Made by a program: the position numbers and the translations under genes. 64,000 bases of DNA, taken from contig JAHLWS010000026.1 in NCBI GenBank assembly GCA_019057795.1, positions 32,001 through 96,000 on the forward strand, written 5' to 3'. Shown here in pieces: positions 20,237 to 29,959 of the stretch. This stretch comes from Promethearchaeota archaeon (lineage in GTDB: Archaea; Asgardarchaeota; Lokiarchaeia; Sigyniarchaeales; SOKP01). The notes below the pieces were generated by a model, which made no database searches, was not told where the DNA came from, and worked only from the letters and a program-made list of their open reading frames with translations. The stretch's first letter is position 1; each line of letters opens with the position of its first letter.

Positions 20237-21868
20237 ATGAATATGGATTATTTTCTCGGTTTAGATTGTTCAACTCAAAGTTTAACAGCCATTCTCATAA
20301 ATCTTAGCAAAAATGAAATTATCATTAGGTATAGTATTAATTTTGACGAAGAACTACCACATTACAACACTCAAAATGGCGTTTTTAGTTCAAATGGCGG
20401 TAAAGTTGTTCACTCGAATCCATTAATGTGGGTAGAAGCTTTAGATTTATTATTTAAAGCGTTTGTTCAAAAAAACTTACCTTTGAGCAAAATAAAGGCA
20501 ATATCTGGTTCAGCTCAGCAACATGGAACGGTCTATTTAAATAATTCTTTCGAATCAACTCTAAAAAATTTAGATTCTGAAAAACCTTTAGTAGATCAAT
20601 TACAGAAAGTATTTACAAGAGAAACTAGTCCAATCTGGATGGATTCAAGCACAACCAAGCAATGCGAAGAAATTCGCCTTAAATTAGGAGGATTAGAACC
20701 TACAATAAGTATAACTGGTTCAAATACATTTGAGAGATTTTCTGGACCGCAAATTAGAAAATTTTACGAACAAAATTACGATGATTATATTCAAACTTCA
20801 ACGATTCATCTTGTAAGCTCTTTTCTTTCTTCAATATTACTAGGTAAAAGTTCACCAATCGACCATGGAGATGGAGCGGGTATGAATTTAATGAACATTA
20901 GAACTAAACAATGGGACAATAAGGCTTTAGATGCTACTGCTCCAGATTTGAGACAAAAATTACCGTCCCTTATCAACTCTTACGATGTCATAGGAAAAAT
21001 ATCTCCTTATTTTGTAGAAAGATTTGGCTTTTCTCCAGAAACTATCCTAATCGGGTGGTCGGGAGATAATCCGAATAGCTTAATTGGAGTTGGTCTTACA
21101 GAGAAGGGTAAAGCCGCAATTAGCTTAGGTACGAGTGATACTTATTTTAGTTTTATGAAAAACTTATCATTTGATATGTTGGGAGAGGGACATGTTTTTA
21201 GAGCGCCTACAGGAGATTTTATGAGTTTAATCTGTTTTAAAAATGGGTCTTTAGCAAGAGAAGCTATTAAAGATAAATTCAATCTAAATTGGGACAAATT
21301 TGGTGAAATCCTAAGAATAACGCCCCCAGGGAATTTTGGTAAAATTATGTTACCATATTTCTTGCCTGAAATAGTACCCTTAGTTTTAGAGCCGACTGTT
21401 TATCGATTTGGTTTTGATGAGAATGATGTACAAGGTAATGTCCGAGGAATCATAGAAGCCCAATTTCTGTCAATGAGACTGCATTCCGAGTGGATCCAAG
21501 AGCAACCAGAAGAGATTTATGCTACAGGAGGAGCATCTGCTAATAAAGAAATATTACAAATCGCATCAAATATATTTAATGCTAAGATTTACAAATTTGA
21601 AGTTACTAATTCCGCAGCATTAGGTGCAGCACTTAGAAGCGCCAAATCCTATTATGATTCTATAAATGAAAGTATTAATTGGACTGAATTAGTAAATCGT
21701 TTTCTAAAAATCCAAGATAATTATATAATACAACCGAATAATAAGTATAAAAAATTATACGATGATATGCTCGAAGTGTATAGGAAATGTGAAAAATACT
21801 TCTTAAAGAATGGAGAAAATCCAGAACAATTTCGGAAAGATTTTATAAAAAAATATTTTAGTAATTAA
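20237..21868 (+). CDS. Xylulokinase, eukaryote XYLB/XKS1-like FGGY kinase
   Basis: LGLDCSTQS, GSAQQHG, WMDSST, ERFSGPQIRK, GDNPNSL, SLGTSDT, KNGSLARE. Confidence 0.85.
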   Translation: MNMDYFLGLDCSTQSLTAILINLSKNEIIIRYSINFDEELPHYNTQNGVFSSNGGKVVHSNPLMWVEALDLLFKAFVQKNLPLSKIKAISGSAQQHGTVYLNNSFESTLKNLDSEKPLVDQLQKVFTRETSPIWMDSSTTKQCEEIRLKLGGLEPTISITGSNTFERFSGPQIRKFYEQNYDDYIQTSTIHLVSSFLSSILLGKSSPIDHGDGAGMNLMNIRTKQWDNKALDATAPDLRQKLPSLINSYDVIGKISPYFVERFGFSPETILIGWSGDNPNSLIGVGLTEKGKAAISLGTSDTYFSFMKNLSFDMLGEGHVFRAPTGDFMSLICFKNGSLAREAIKDKFNLNWDKFGEILRITPPGNFGKIMLPYFLPEIVPLVLEPTVYRFGFDENDVQGNVRGIIEAQFLSMRLHSEWIQEQPEEIYATGGASANKEILQIASNIFNAKIYKFEVTNSAALGAALRSAKSYYDSINESINWTELVNRFLKIQDNYIIQPNNKYKKLYDDMLEVYRKCEKYFLKNGENPEQFRKDFIKKYFSN

Positions 21869-21928
21869 ATATGTAAAAATCTTAAAAAGTAATAGAAATA
21901 AAAAAAAAATAATAAAAGTGAGATAAAA

Positions 21929-22126
21929 ATGCCTTTAAAATTCCTTGAAAATGAAAGAAACAAAAAAATATTCATTGCTATTATTATCATAGCACTGGTT
22001 ATTACTTTTGCTACTCTCATCTCTGTAGCAGTCATTAATTTCATCCCCCCAGATGATAACGGAGGAGGATGACTTTGCTTAGCTGTTGGTTATCAAAAAA
22101 TATTTTTAAACATAATATTAAAATAA
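21929..22126 (+). CDS. Candidate small single-pass membrane selenoprotein (UGA at 22070-22072 read as Sec); not in the ORF track
   Basis: MPLKFLENERNKKIFIAIIIIALVITFATLISVAVINFIPPDDNGGG-U-LCLAVGYQKIFLNIILK*. GTGAG upstream of the ATG and a SECIS-like hairpin immediately downstream. Confidence 0.72.
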
Positions 22127-22168
22127 AGGATGACTTTTGCGAGAAAATTCTAGTCGCAAAACGACTTA
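22127..22168 (+). promoter_or_regulatory. SECIS-like element (eukaryote/Lokiarchaeota type)
   Basis: A-UGAC-UUUUGCGA-G-AAAA-UUCUAG-UCGCAAAA-CGAC: AUGA/GA core, perfect 8-bp stem, apical adenines. Confidence 0.72.
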
Positions 22169-22304
22169 CCCCGCAAGGGTAAAAAGAAAAAAAATAATAT
22201 AGTATGAAATAGTATGAAATATTTATTAATTTATTAATTAACAAAATTCTTATAAATACCTAAAACCTCTTAAATTACACGATTTTGTTTAATGGTATAA
22301 AAAA

Positions 22305-23102
22305 ATGTCAAAACAAACTCCCGAGAATGTTAAAGAATCTCTACGTTTGATTGGATTAACGGATTACGAGATATCGATATATTTAACCTTAATTTCAAAA
22401 GGACCTATGGACGCAAGAGAGCTTTCTGAAGCCTCAAGCGTTCCATATTCTCGAATTTATAACATTTTAACTCAATTAGAAAAGGATAAAATGTGGATTT
22501 TAAAGGAGGAAGAATCAAGACCGTCGAGATATTTCGCAAAAAGCCCTGATGAAGCTTTGGTAATCGCAAAGAAACAATACAGTGATAGTTTCGACGAGTA
22601 TTCAGACACAATTATTCGTGAACTTACCCCCATTTACGAATCTCACGATACACCGATAAAAATTGCGTTATATATTCACCGGGGAAGAGATGTTTGTATT
22701 AATAGAGCTTTAACTTTAATAAAAACAGCAAAAATGGCACTATACTTTGTCACACAAGATTACGAATTTTTAGATGTGTTTTACGAGGAAATAAAAAAAG
22801 CAAGAGCTCGAGGAGTCACAGATATTAGATTATTAGTCGAAGAAGTAGTAGTAAAGGATAAAAAATTTAAAGAAATCATTGAAAAATACGCTCAAATCGC
22901 TGAAATTCGTTCCCGTGATCAAGTTTTTGGGACTAGCTTGGTAATGGACGAAGGGGAAGATGCCTTTATAATTTTGACACAAGACATTTTTAAAAAGTTA
23001 TCGTATTTTGGCATTATGGCCGACCATATCGCTTTTGGACCAGCTAGCAATTTTTATTTTATGTACTTATATAAGACGGCTGATATAGTTAATTTAAAAT
23101 AG
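22305..23102 (+). CDS. TrmB-family transcriptional regulator
   Basis: LRLIGLTDYE..IY..L....ARELSEASSVPYSRIYNIL...RPSRY HTH plus effector domain. Confidence 0.88.
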   Translation: MSKQTPENVKESLRLIGLTDYEISIYLTLISKGPMDARELSEASSVPYSRIYNILTQLEKDKMWILKEEESRPSRYFAKSPDEALVIAKKQYSDSFDEYSDTIIRELTPIYESHDTPIKIALYIHRGRDVCINRALTLIKTAKMALYFVTQDYEFLDVFYEEIKKARARGVTDIRLLVEEVVVKDKKFKEIIEKYAQIAEIRSRDQVFGTSLVMDEGEDAFIILTQDIFKKLSYFGIMADHIAFGPASNFYFMYLYKTADIVNLK

Positions 23103-23177
23103 ATGCTTTCTTAATAAATAAAAGCTCCTACAATATTCTTTATCTGTAGCCTTTCTTCTTAGGTGAAAGTGTAATTA

Positions 23178-25187
23178 TTATTGTTTTTCGTTAGAAAAAA
23201 CGGGAAGGATTACATGTGATTGATTAACTTTATCATGATATATGGTTTGTGTAGCAACCTTGTACTCATTCTCATTTTGTACCCCTGCAAGATTGGAATT
23301 TACGTCGAATCGAGGGAAATTGCTTGAAGTTATTTCTATGCGTATTTTGTGGTTTTTTGGAAAATAGATACCAATTGAACCAATGGCGAATTCATATTTA
23401 TATATTTTATTTGGTTTGATGAGTTTAGGTTCGTTCAAATCGCCATTAAGAAAGCGAGTTCTTACACCAGAATCTATAACATTTATTGAAGTTTTTCCGT
23501 TGGGGTAGACATCAACTAGTTTAACCATAAAATCTGTATCCCGTACGGTGGTAGAAGCAAAAAGGACCATTTTGACCTCACCGATAATTTCTATGCCTTT
23601 TTCGAGCGTTTTTGAAGTATATATTAACACATCATCACGCTTTTCAATCTTAGTCTGATCTTGAGGACCGCTTAAGAGAAAAAGATTTCTTCCCCCTTTT
23701 GTAATCACAGGATTAGTAGGATCGAAATGATATTTATCGGGCGATTCTTCTTTCGGTTCGTTTTTAGAAAGGACGCCATCTCCGTAAAGACTATTACTCT
23801 TCCCATTAGAATGCAAGTATAATTTTAATTCATTGGAAGAAGGCGGCCACTTTTTAAAACCTCTCCAAATATTTTTATTTAACACAAATACTTGTAATGG
23901 AGGTAGTTTTGAAAAATCAGTCTCTCCTCCTTTTAACCAAGATTCATACCACCAAAATGGAAGGATATTTTTAAAAAACCTGAAGTCATCTTTTAAATGG
24001 GCGTACTTTAATGGCTTAATAAATAATTTATCCATATTCATATGTGTCCAAGGGCCAATGATCATCTTAAAACTCTCTTTGAAGAATTCTGGAGCCCTTT
24101 CTTGTATTAACTTCGCGTCTCGTACCATGTGTTCAATAAACATATCGTACCAACCCCCAATAAACAGTATGGGTGTATTAAATTTATAATCAAGCCCAAA
24201 GACATATGGGGATAATTCGTGATTGTGAAATAATTTTCTCTCATAGAACACTTCCTTTATCAACTTAGCGAACGAACCATCGTCCTTTTTAGAAACATCT
24301 ACATTCGTTTTATAGACTCGATTCATAATCTTCATCAAGTATTTAGCTCCCTCAATGCTTGCCATATCCGATAATTTTGGTATTTTTGAGTCTAAAGGTT
24401 CGTTATAAAAGCTAATAGAGGGGTCAAAAAACAATTGTTTGTAATATCCATCTTTATCCCACTGATTAAAATCCATAGTTGTTAGTTTTTTCATGCTTGA
24501 GGTAGAATTCATGATTAAATAAAGAGATCCTGACAAACCAATCGGATACAAACCTCCAGGATGCCAAAAAACGTTTGAAAAAGAACTGTGAATTGGACTT
24601 AAACAAGTAAGTAAATTTTCGTTATTCCAAGATACAGCTATTTGTGTTATGCCCAAATAAGACAATCCCCACATTCCTACTTTCCCATTGTGCCAAAATC
24701 GTTTAGTGATCCAACGCAAAGTTTCTAGACCATCTTGTCGTTCATACATGTATATCGAATTAGTGCTATAATCCATCGATTGCGCACAACCTCGTATATC
24801 TTGGAGAACTGAAACATAACCTTTAGACGCTAAGAAATATCCTAATATACTAAGGCGATCTTTCCAATAAGGTAGTCTTATTAGAATTGTAGGGCCCTTG
24901 CCTTTCTTTTTGTAAATATCTTTCGGTAAATATATGTCGGTGGCTAATTTTCCTCCGTCTTCAAGAGTTATAAGGGTTTGTTTTAATCTAATGACGTCAT
25001 TTTCAGGTAAAAAACTAATATTTTGAAGTTTACCCAAACGCCCAATTATTTTAAATATTTTAAATAGCGGGGGAAAAACGTAATCTACAAAAAATGCCAT
25101 ACGAATAATAATTGAGCTTAGTGGGGTCAAAATTGTAGGTAATTCAAGACCAATTTTGATTTCCTTAGGGTTAAATTTTTGTTGCAT
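23178..25187 (-). CDS. CocE/NonD family serine hydrolase
   Basis: LATDIYLP, RLPY, QDIRG, GxSY nucleophile (WGLSYLG), GGWYD, GPWTH, SSNFPRF. Confidence 0.9.
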   Translation of the reverse strand: MQQKFNPKEIKIGLELPTILTPLSSIIIRMAFFVDYVFPPLFKIFKIIGRLGKLQNISFLPENDVIRLKQTLITLEDGGKLATDIYLPKDIYKKKGKGPTILIRLPYWKDRLSILGYFLASKGYVSVLQDIRGCAQSMDYSTNSIYMYERQDGLETLRWITKRFWHNGKVGMWGLSYLGITQIAVSWNNENLLTCLSPIHSSFSNVFWHPGGLYPIGLSGSLYLIMNSTSSMKKLTTMDFNQWDKDGYYKQLFFDPSISFYNEPLDSKIPKLSDMASIEGAKYLMKIMNRVYKTNVDVSKKDDGSFAKLIKEVFYERKLFHNHELSPYVFGLDYKFNTPILFIGGWYDMFIEHMVRDAKLIQERAPEFFKESFKMIIGPWTHMNMDKLFIKPLKYAHLKDDFRFFKNILPFWWYESWLKGGETDFSKLPPLQVFVLNKNIWRGFKKWPPSSNELKLYLHSNGKSNSLYGDGVLSKNEPKEESPDKYHFDPTNPVITKGGRNLFLLSGPQDQTKIEKRDDVLIYTSKTLEKGIEIIGEVKMVLFASTTVRDTDFMVKLVDVYPNGKTSINVIDSGVRTRFLNGDLNEPKLIKPNKIYKYEFAIGSIGIYFPKNHKIRIEITSSNFPRFDVNSNLAGVQNENEYKVATQTIYHDKVNQSHVILPVFSNEKQ

Positions 25188-25241
25188 GCTTTAATTAATA
25201 AAAAATTAAAGATTTTTGAACTTAATTGTTAAGATAATCCT

Positions 25242-25520
25242 TTACCATGATACGGTTATAGCATTTTCAGGACAAGCCTCGACACATTTGAAACAACGAG
25301 AACATAAAGAACCCCATATAGGAGTAATTCGCCAGTCTTGTGGATCGTATGGATCTTCTTGTTTGTCTTCCGTTCCGATTGTAGTATGCATTACAAAAAC
25401 AGCAGGATCACATGCTCTCAAACATAGTCCACAATCTCTTGGGTCTATTTTACCCTTTTCTCCACATATAGAATAATCAATATTTATCTTAGTTCTTTTC
25501 TTTTTCTTTGCTTTGCTCAT
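25242..25520 (-). CDS. 4Fe-4S ferredoxin-like protein
   Basis: CSRCFKCVEACP plus a split first cluster motif; AGGTGA SD upstream. Confidence 0.8.
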   Translation of the reverse strand: MSKAKKKKRTKINIDYSICGEKGKIDPRDCGLCLRACDPAVFVMHTTIGTEDKQEDPYDPQDWRITPIWGSLCSRCFKCVEACPENAITVSW

Positions 25521-25528
25521 AATATCAC

Positions 25529-26383
25529 CTAATATGACCCATCAAATCCCGGATACTCCTCTCTGGGTATTAATTTTAAGGCATCATTTTCACAAGCATG
25601 TCTACATATACCACAACCAAAACATTTATCGTAATCTATGATAACTCTGTTCATCGAAGGGATAAAACGAATAGCACTAAATTGGCACATAGCAACACAC
25701 AACTTACATCCTTGACACTTATCGTGATCTAATTGGATGATATATTCTGCTTTATACATAGCATTTAAATTAAAATTGTTTCTTAGAGTAAGTCCACCAC
25801 ATTCTGGACTTTCGCAAGAACAAATGGCGTTAATGTATGGTACTGGCTGAAACCAGACACTAGATATATATCCTTTTTTATTAAATTCTTCTAATTTTTC
25901 CATCGCGGTCTCGCGATCTATCCTAACGGTTCGATCTTTTGGAATATAGCGCGGTAGTTTCTCTAAGACTTCCGAAAGCACACCGAAATTTATACATACT
26001 GCTTCTTTATTTTTCCTCTGCATCCAGCGACACATACAATAATTAAGGATTATTGGTTCAGCAGCTAGTTCTGACATAATGATCTGAGCGTCTTCTAAAG
26101 GAATAACTTGTCCAAAATGACCATCAGCCCTTACAGGGTTTCGATTTTTCTTTTCGCTATGGATCATCTTCTCAGCTTTCCAACGAAGAATTTTACCAAT
26201 TATTGGCATTTTCAACTTATATCCCAAGTCTTTAGACGAAAAACCCATTATTTTTCTTATAAAAACTTGTTCAAAATTCATCCATTGCTCGGTTAAATAT
26301 TCTTTCATATTATATTCTTCGGCAAGCTCATTGGAGTAATTTCGGGCATTCATGTACCATTTTTTACCTGCCCCATGGGACAA
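25529..26383 (-). CDS. 4Fe-4S dicluster-domain protein
   Basis: CMCR, ICSC..C, CQGCKLCVAMCQF, CFGCGICRHAC. Confidence 0.85.
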   Translation of the reverse strand: MSHGAGKKWYMNARNYSNELAEEYNMKEYLTEQWMNFEQVFIRKIMGFSSKDLGYKLKMPIIGKILRWKAEKMIHSEKKNRNPVRADGHFGQVIPLEDAQIIMSELAAEPIILNYCMCRWMQRKNKEAVCINFGVLSEVLEKLPRYIPKDRTVRIDRETAMEKLEEFNKKGYISSVWFQPVPYINAICSCESPECGGLTLRNNFNLNAMYKAEYIIQLDHDKCQGCKLCVAMCQFSAIRFIPSMNRVIIDYDKCFGCGICRHACENDALKLIPREEYPGFDGSY

Positions 26384-26496
26384 ACACCAATCACAAATCG
26401 TTAATCACATCCTTTTAATTAAATAATGTTTCATTATTATTTCGTTAATATCCTAATTAATAGAAATTCGACTTTTTAATATATAAATCTATTCTT

Positions 26497-27426
26497 TTAT
26501 TCTGTTTTAAAAGTTCTTAAGTGTTCCATCATACCAACACCAATCTCTCCAGTTTTTAAATCCTTTATCACTGCCATTTGTTCAAATAATTCCGTATATC
26601 CCCCGGGAAAACTTCTAACAAAGCGAATAAACGAATTCTTTCCGAATCGCTCTGCTTTGATTTTATATTCTATGTCACTTGCATCTGCAAAGTTATAAGT
26701 TGTTGTAAGTGGACTTTTAAACTGATCAGAGTCATTTAAAGTTTTGATTTCCAAATTCGATAATGGAATATTTCCTTTTTTATTCGAAGTTTGACCTGAT
26801 AAATCTATTCGATTTTCAATATAATCTTTTCGAAATGCACATGACCAGTCTTTGAATTGGAAATGACCTGCGTACCATTTATCAAACTGATGCCAGTCTC
26901 GAAAACCCCAACTCTTATCACGTTGACCAAATCCCGTGATATTAATAATTTCTCCGTCTTTTCTAATTAATTTACCGGTGATTACTCCTGACGATTCAAA
27001 ATGCTGGTGCCAAGATTTAGAAGAATCTTTACCGAAATTATAAGTTGGAAATCTGGTTTCAAAGGTTATATCAAGCTTTAATTTCCGCGATTTATAAACT
27101 ATTTTCCATTTTTTAAAGGGTTTAACAAGAGTGTATGAGAGTTTCTTATCTCGCAACATAGAATTAATGTCGCTATCGTATTCCTGTAATGGTGGTTCTT
27201 TATAATATACTTCATTTCGATCTTCTAAAAATAATAAGAATACAAACTCTCTCCTATTTTCATGAGGAACTATCCCTATTGTTGAGAATCCAGAAATTTT
27301 ATTTTTCAGATCTGCCCAATTAAAATAATAAGATTCCCTCCATTTTAGTTCACTCGAAGGTTGATGAAGTAATTCGTCGTCTTCAACCAAAGTAGAAAAT
27401 TTCTCGTTAATATCCATGTAAATCAA
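26497..27426 (-). CDS. AttH/CrtC/tocopherol-cyclase-like double beta-barrel protein
   Basis: WRESYYF, HFESSG, GFGQRDKSWGFRDW, GMMEHL pattern. Confidence 0.6.
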   Translation of the reverse strand: MIYMDINEKFSTLVEDDELLHQPSSELKWRESYYFNWADLKNKISGFSTIGIVPHENRREFVFLLFLEDRNEVYYKEPPLQEYDSDINSMLRDKKLSYTLVKPFKKWKIVYKSRKLKLDITFETRFPTYNFGKDSSKSWHQHFESSGVITGKLIRKDGEIINITGFGQRDKSWGFRDWHQFDKWYAGHFQFKDWSCAFRKDYIENRIDLSGQTSNKKGNIPLSNLEIKTLNDSDQFKSPLTTTYNFADASDIEYKIKAERFGKNSFIRFVRSFPGGYTELFEQMAVIKDLKTGEIGVGMMEHLRTFKTE

Positions 27427-28580
27427 TCCTGTGGTAGCAAATAAAGGGACGGACCTTCTCTCTTTTTTTTTGCTTTACTTCTTAATAATCTCGGAATTCC
27501 CGGATCGAAATCACTTTCCATAAAGATTGGTATGTATTTATCCATTATTCTTTCAGTAAGTTCCCAATTAATCTCATCAGTTACCCTAGCGAAATTAGTA
27601 TACCTCGCATATCCGTAACAATATGCGTAAGCCCCCGCAATTAATCTTTGTTTTCTATCCCATTTAGCAAATTTTAAAAATAATTCTTTATTGGCATTTA
27701 CTGAATAAGCGTTAAAGGAGTCTAATATGTCTAAATCCAGTGGTTTAATGTTATTCCCCTCTCTAGTTAACAGTGCAACTCCAGTTATATTATCAATAAA
27801 ATCTGCAGGAATAGATTCTAAAGTAGCAAAATCGTCAAATTTAGCTTCTATATCTTTTAATCGAAAAACAAAAGCAACGTTATTAAAGGGAGATATAGCA
27901 TCCGTTTCAGACCAAGGAAAATGAGGTTTACCACCATCGTAGAGATGTGATATTTCTCTAAATATCAAGACTTCGTTTTCATTAATTTGATACGGTCCAT
28001 GGTCGCAAATTTTTGCCCTAGCCTCGCACTCGTCAAGAAAGGACACAACTTCAAGATTCGCCATTGATCTTTTGATATTTATAGCATCTTCTTTTGGTAT
28101 ATCAATAATTTGATTTTTAGCCCAATCAATATCAGATTGATTTATGGCAATATTTTGTTTGTTAGAATCGTATACAGATATTTTTCCTTCAGGAAAATAT
28201 GAAGTTGCTAATCGTTTCCAGAATTCGAGGACAAATATAGTCTGTTCTCTTTTTTCTTTGGTTTCACTTTTCGGATCTCCGCCATTCCTTTGTATTTCGC
28301 CCATCCTTCCAACCATATAATACAGTGGAATGTAAAAAATACTTAAAGCATGAATTTCTGATAGGATTTTTCTACTTTCTTTGCCCATTTTTTCGGGAGT
28401 TGTTTTTTCAGAGACTTTTTTCAAAATATCGTACAAAATGTCGTAAGCTTCATAAAAAGAAACGCAAATATAAGCAGTTACAGGAAATAACTTTGATTCT
28501 AAAAGTCCTCTTCGTGATACTTGGTAATCTACTAATTCGGAAGCACGAGCTATTAATTCATTCGCAGCTTTAATATCCAT
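27423..28580 (-). CDS. Conserved hypothetical protein (ECEAR...DHGPY motif)
   Basis: 385-aa ORF overlapping the next gene by 4 nt; divergent from the phosphohistidine-domain gene. Confidence 0.6.
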   Translation of the reverse strand: MDIKAANELIARASELVDYQVSRRGLLESKLFPVTAYICVSFYEAYDILYDILKKVSEKTTPEKMGKESRKILSEIHALSIFYIPLYYMVGRMGEIQRNGGDPKSETKEKREQTIFVLEFWKRLATSYFPEGKISVYDSNKQNIAINQSDIDWAKNQIIDIPKEDAINIKRSMANLEVVSFLDECEARAKICDHGPYQINENEVLIFREISHLYDGGKPHFPWSETDAISPFNNVAFVFRLKDIEAKFDDFATLESIPADFIDNITGVALLTREGNNIKPLDLDILDSFNAYSVNANKELFLKFAKWDRKQRLIAGAYAYCYGYARYTNFARVTDEINWELTERIMDKYIPIFMESDFDPGIPRLLRSKAKKKREGPSLYLLPQD

Positions 28581-28743
28581 TTAAATCTTCTCCTAAACCT
28601 TTCCATTTAATATTAACTTTAAACTTAGTTCTATTTAAATATTTGAAATACTATCATTTTTTTTTAAAAAAATTTAAGTAATATACAAAAAATTAAAATC
28701 TAATTAGTGGTAATAAATTAAGAATTAGATGGGGATATAGCTA

Positions 28744-29100
28744 ATGAAAAAGATTGGAGAGGGGTTATCGTGTTCTACCAAATCCGATGTTACTGGTGAA
28801 TTAGCGTATATTACAACTCTCGAAGATGTAATCGAATTATTCGATAAAGCTGCTGGAAAAATATGTTTAATTGATGATGCTGGAATAACGACACTAGGTC
28901 CTCTTTTAAATGAATTGGTAGCAACCATATGTACCACTGGAGGCGCGGGTTCACACCTAGCTATTATATCAAGAGAATTTGGGCTCCCATGTATCATGGG
29001 AATAGAACTCTCATTAAAAAATTTGTCTACTTTGAACGGAAGAAAAGTAAAAATTATTCATAATGGAGAGGATAGGGGTATCCTCTATTTAATCGACTAA
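28744..29100 (+). CDS. Stand-alone PEP-utilising swivelling phosphohistidine domain
   Basis: TGGAGSHLAIISREFGLPCIMG signature with the phosphorylatable His. Confidence 0.85.
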   Translation: MKKIGEGLSCSTKSDVTGELAYITTLEDVIELFDKAAGKICLIDDAGITTLGPLLNELVATICTTGGAGSHLAIISREFGLPCIMGIELSLKNLSTLNGRKVKIIHNGEDRGILYLID

Positions 29101-29173
29101 GACTAGAATTAAATCAACTCAAATGTTTTTTCATTTTGCCAAATAATAAAAAGAGAAATGATTAAAAAATAAA

Positions 29174-29632
29174 TCACTTTAGAAACGCTCTCTTTCCTAA
29201 ATAAATAAAAAGCTCGCCCAATTCAAAGATCGTGAGCGGATAGACTAAGTTAGCCATGTCAGTTCTTAACTGAAATTTGTTTTTACCGGCACAAATTAAT
29301 TTTTCTATATCCTCTACAAAGTCATCCATGTTTAAGAAAAGTATTTCAATTTTATCACAACCGGTTAATTCTTCGATATCTTTATCTAAATGTTCTTCAA
29401 CTTGATTTAATAGCCCTAATTTTAGCTTAGGGCTCAATTCATATTCAGTGATAACTTCGTTCATTTCCTCTAGAATAATATTTAAAGTTAAGTTCCAATC
29501 TTTATTCTCTTTATATTTTGGAATTAACACTTCGCTTATTATTATTTCAAAAAGAGTTTTGGGCGCTTGTTCGTCGAATTCAACCTCTAAACCAGACCTT
29601 AGTTTAATTTTTTTAACCAATTCGAACCTCAA
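29174..29632 (-). CDS. Hypothetical protein
   Basis: 152-aa ORF with protein-like composition. Confidence 0.55.
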   Translation of the reverse strand: MRFELVKKIKLRSGLEVEFDEQAPKTLFEIIISEVLIPKYKENKDWNLTLNIILEEMNEVITEYELSPKLKLGLLNQVEEHLDKDIEELTGCDKIEILFLNMDDFVEDIEKLICAGKNKFQLRTDMANLVYPLTIFELGELFIYLGKRAFLK

Positions 29633-29825
29633 CTCAATAATTAATCTGCTTAAAATTTGCTTCTTATTAAATAATAGACTATTTTTTTTTATACTTTTTG
29701 GGACTTTATAAATCTTGAGTTAGAAATCAGCAATTCAAAAATATAAATATAAAAAAAATATAAACAAAACAAACTCTTTTTTTAAATTATCTTATAACCA
29801 AATTTTTCAGTTTGGAAAAAGGAGT

Positions 29826-29959
29826 AAATCGGAAACCAAGATTTTCAAAATTATAAAAAGAGGAGATGTATTTATCTAATAACAGGGTTAAGGGTTGAGG
29901 TATTGAGTCTTCCGACTCTTAGGTATAAGAATATATTTTTTGATCATGGTTTCCAATTT
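29826..29959 (-). ncRNA. Putative structured RNA or short inverted-repeat element
   Basis: 17-bp terminal inverted repeat plus an internal GAGTC-GGAA-GACTC hairpin (minus strand) in a ~600-bp intergenic gap. Confidence 0.35.

Noticed and set aside
22041-22244. 67-aa minus-strand ORF
   Set aside because: TTG start, no motifs, and antisense to the better supported selenoprotein/SECIS on the plus strand.
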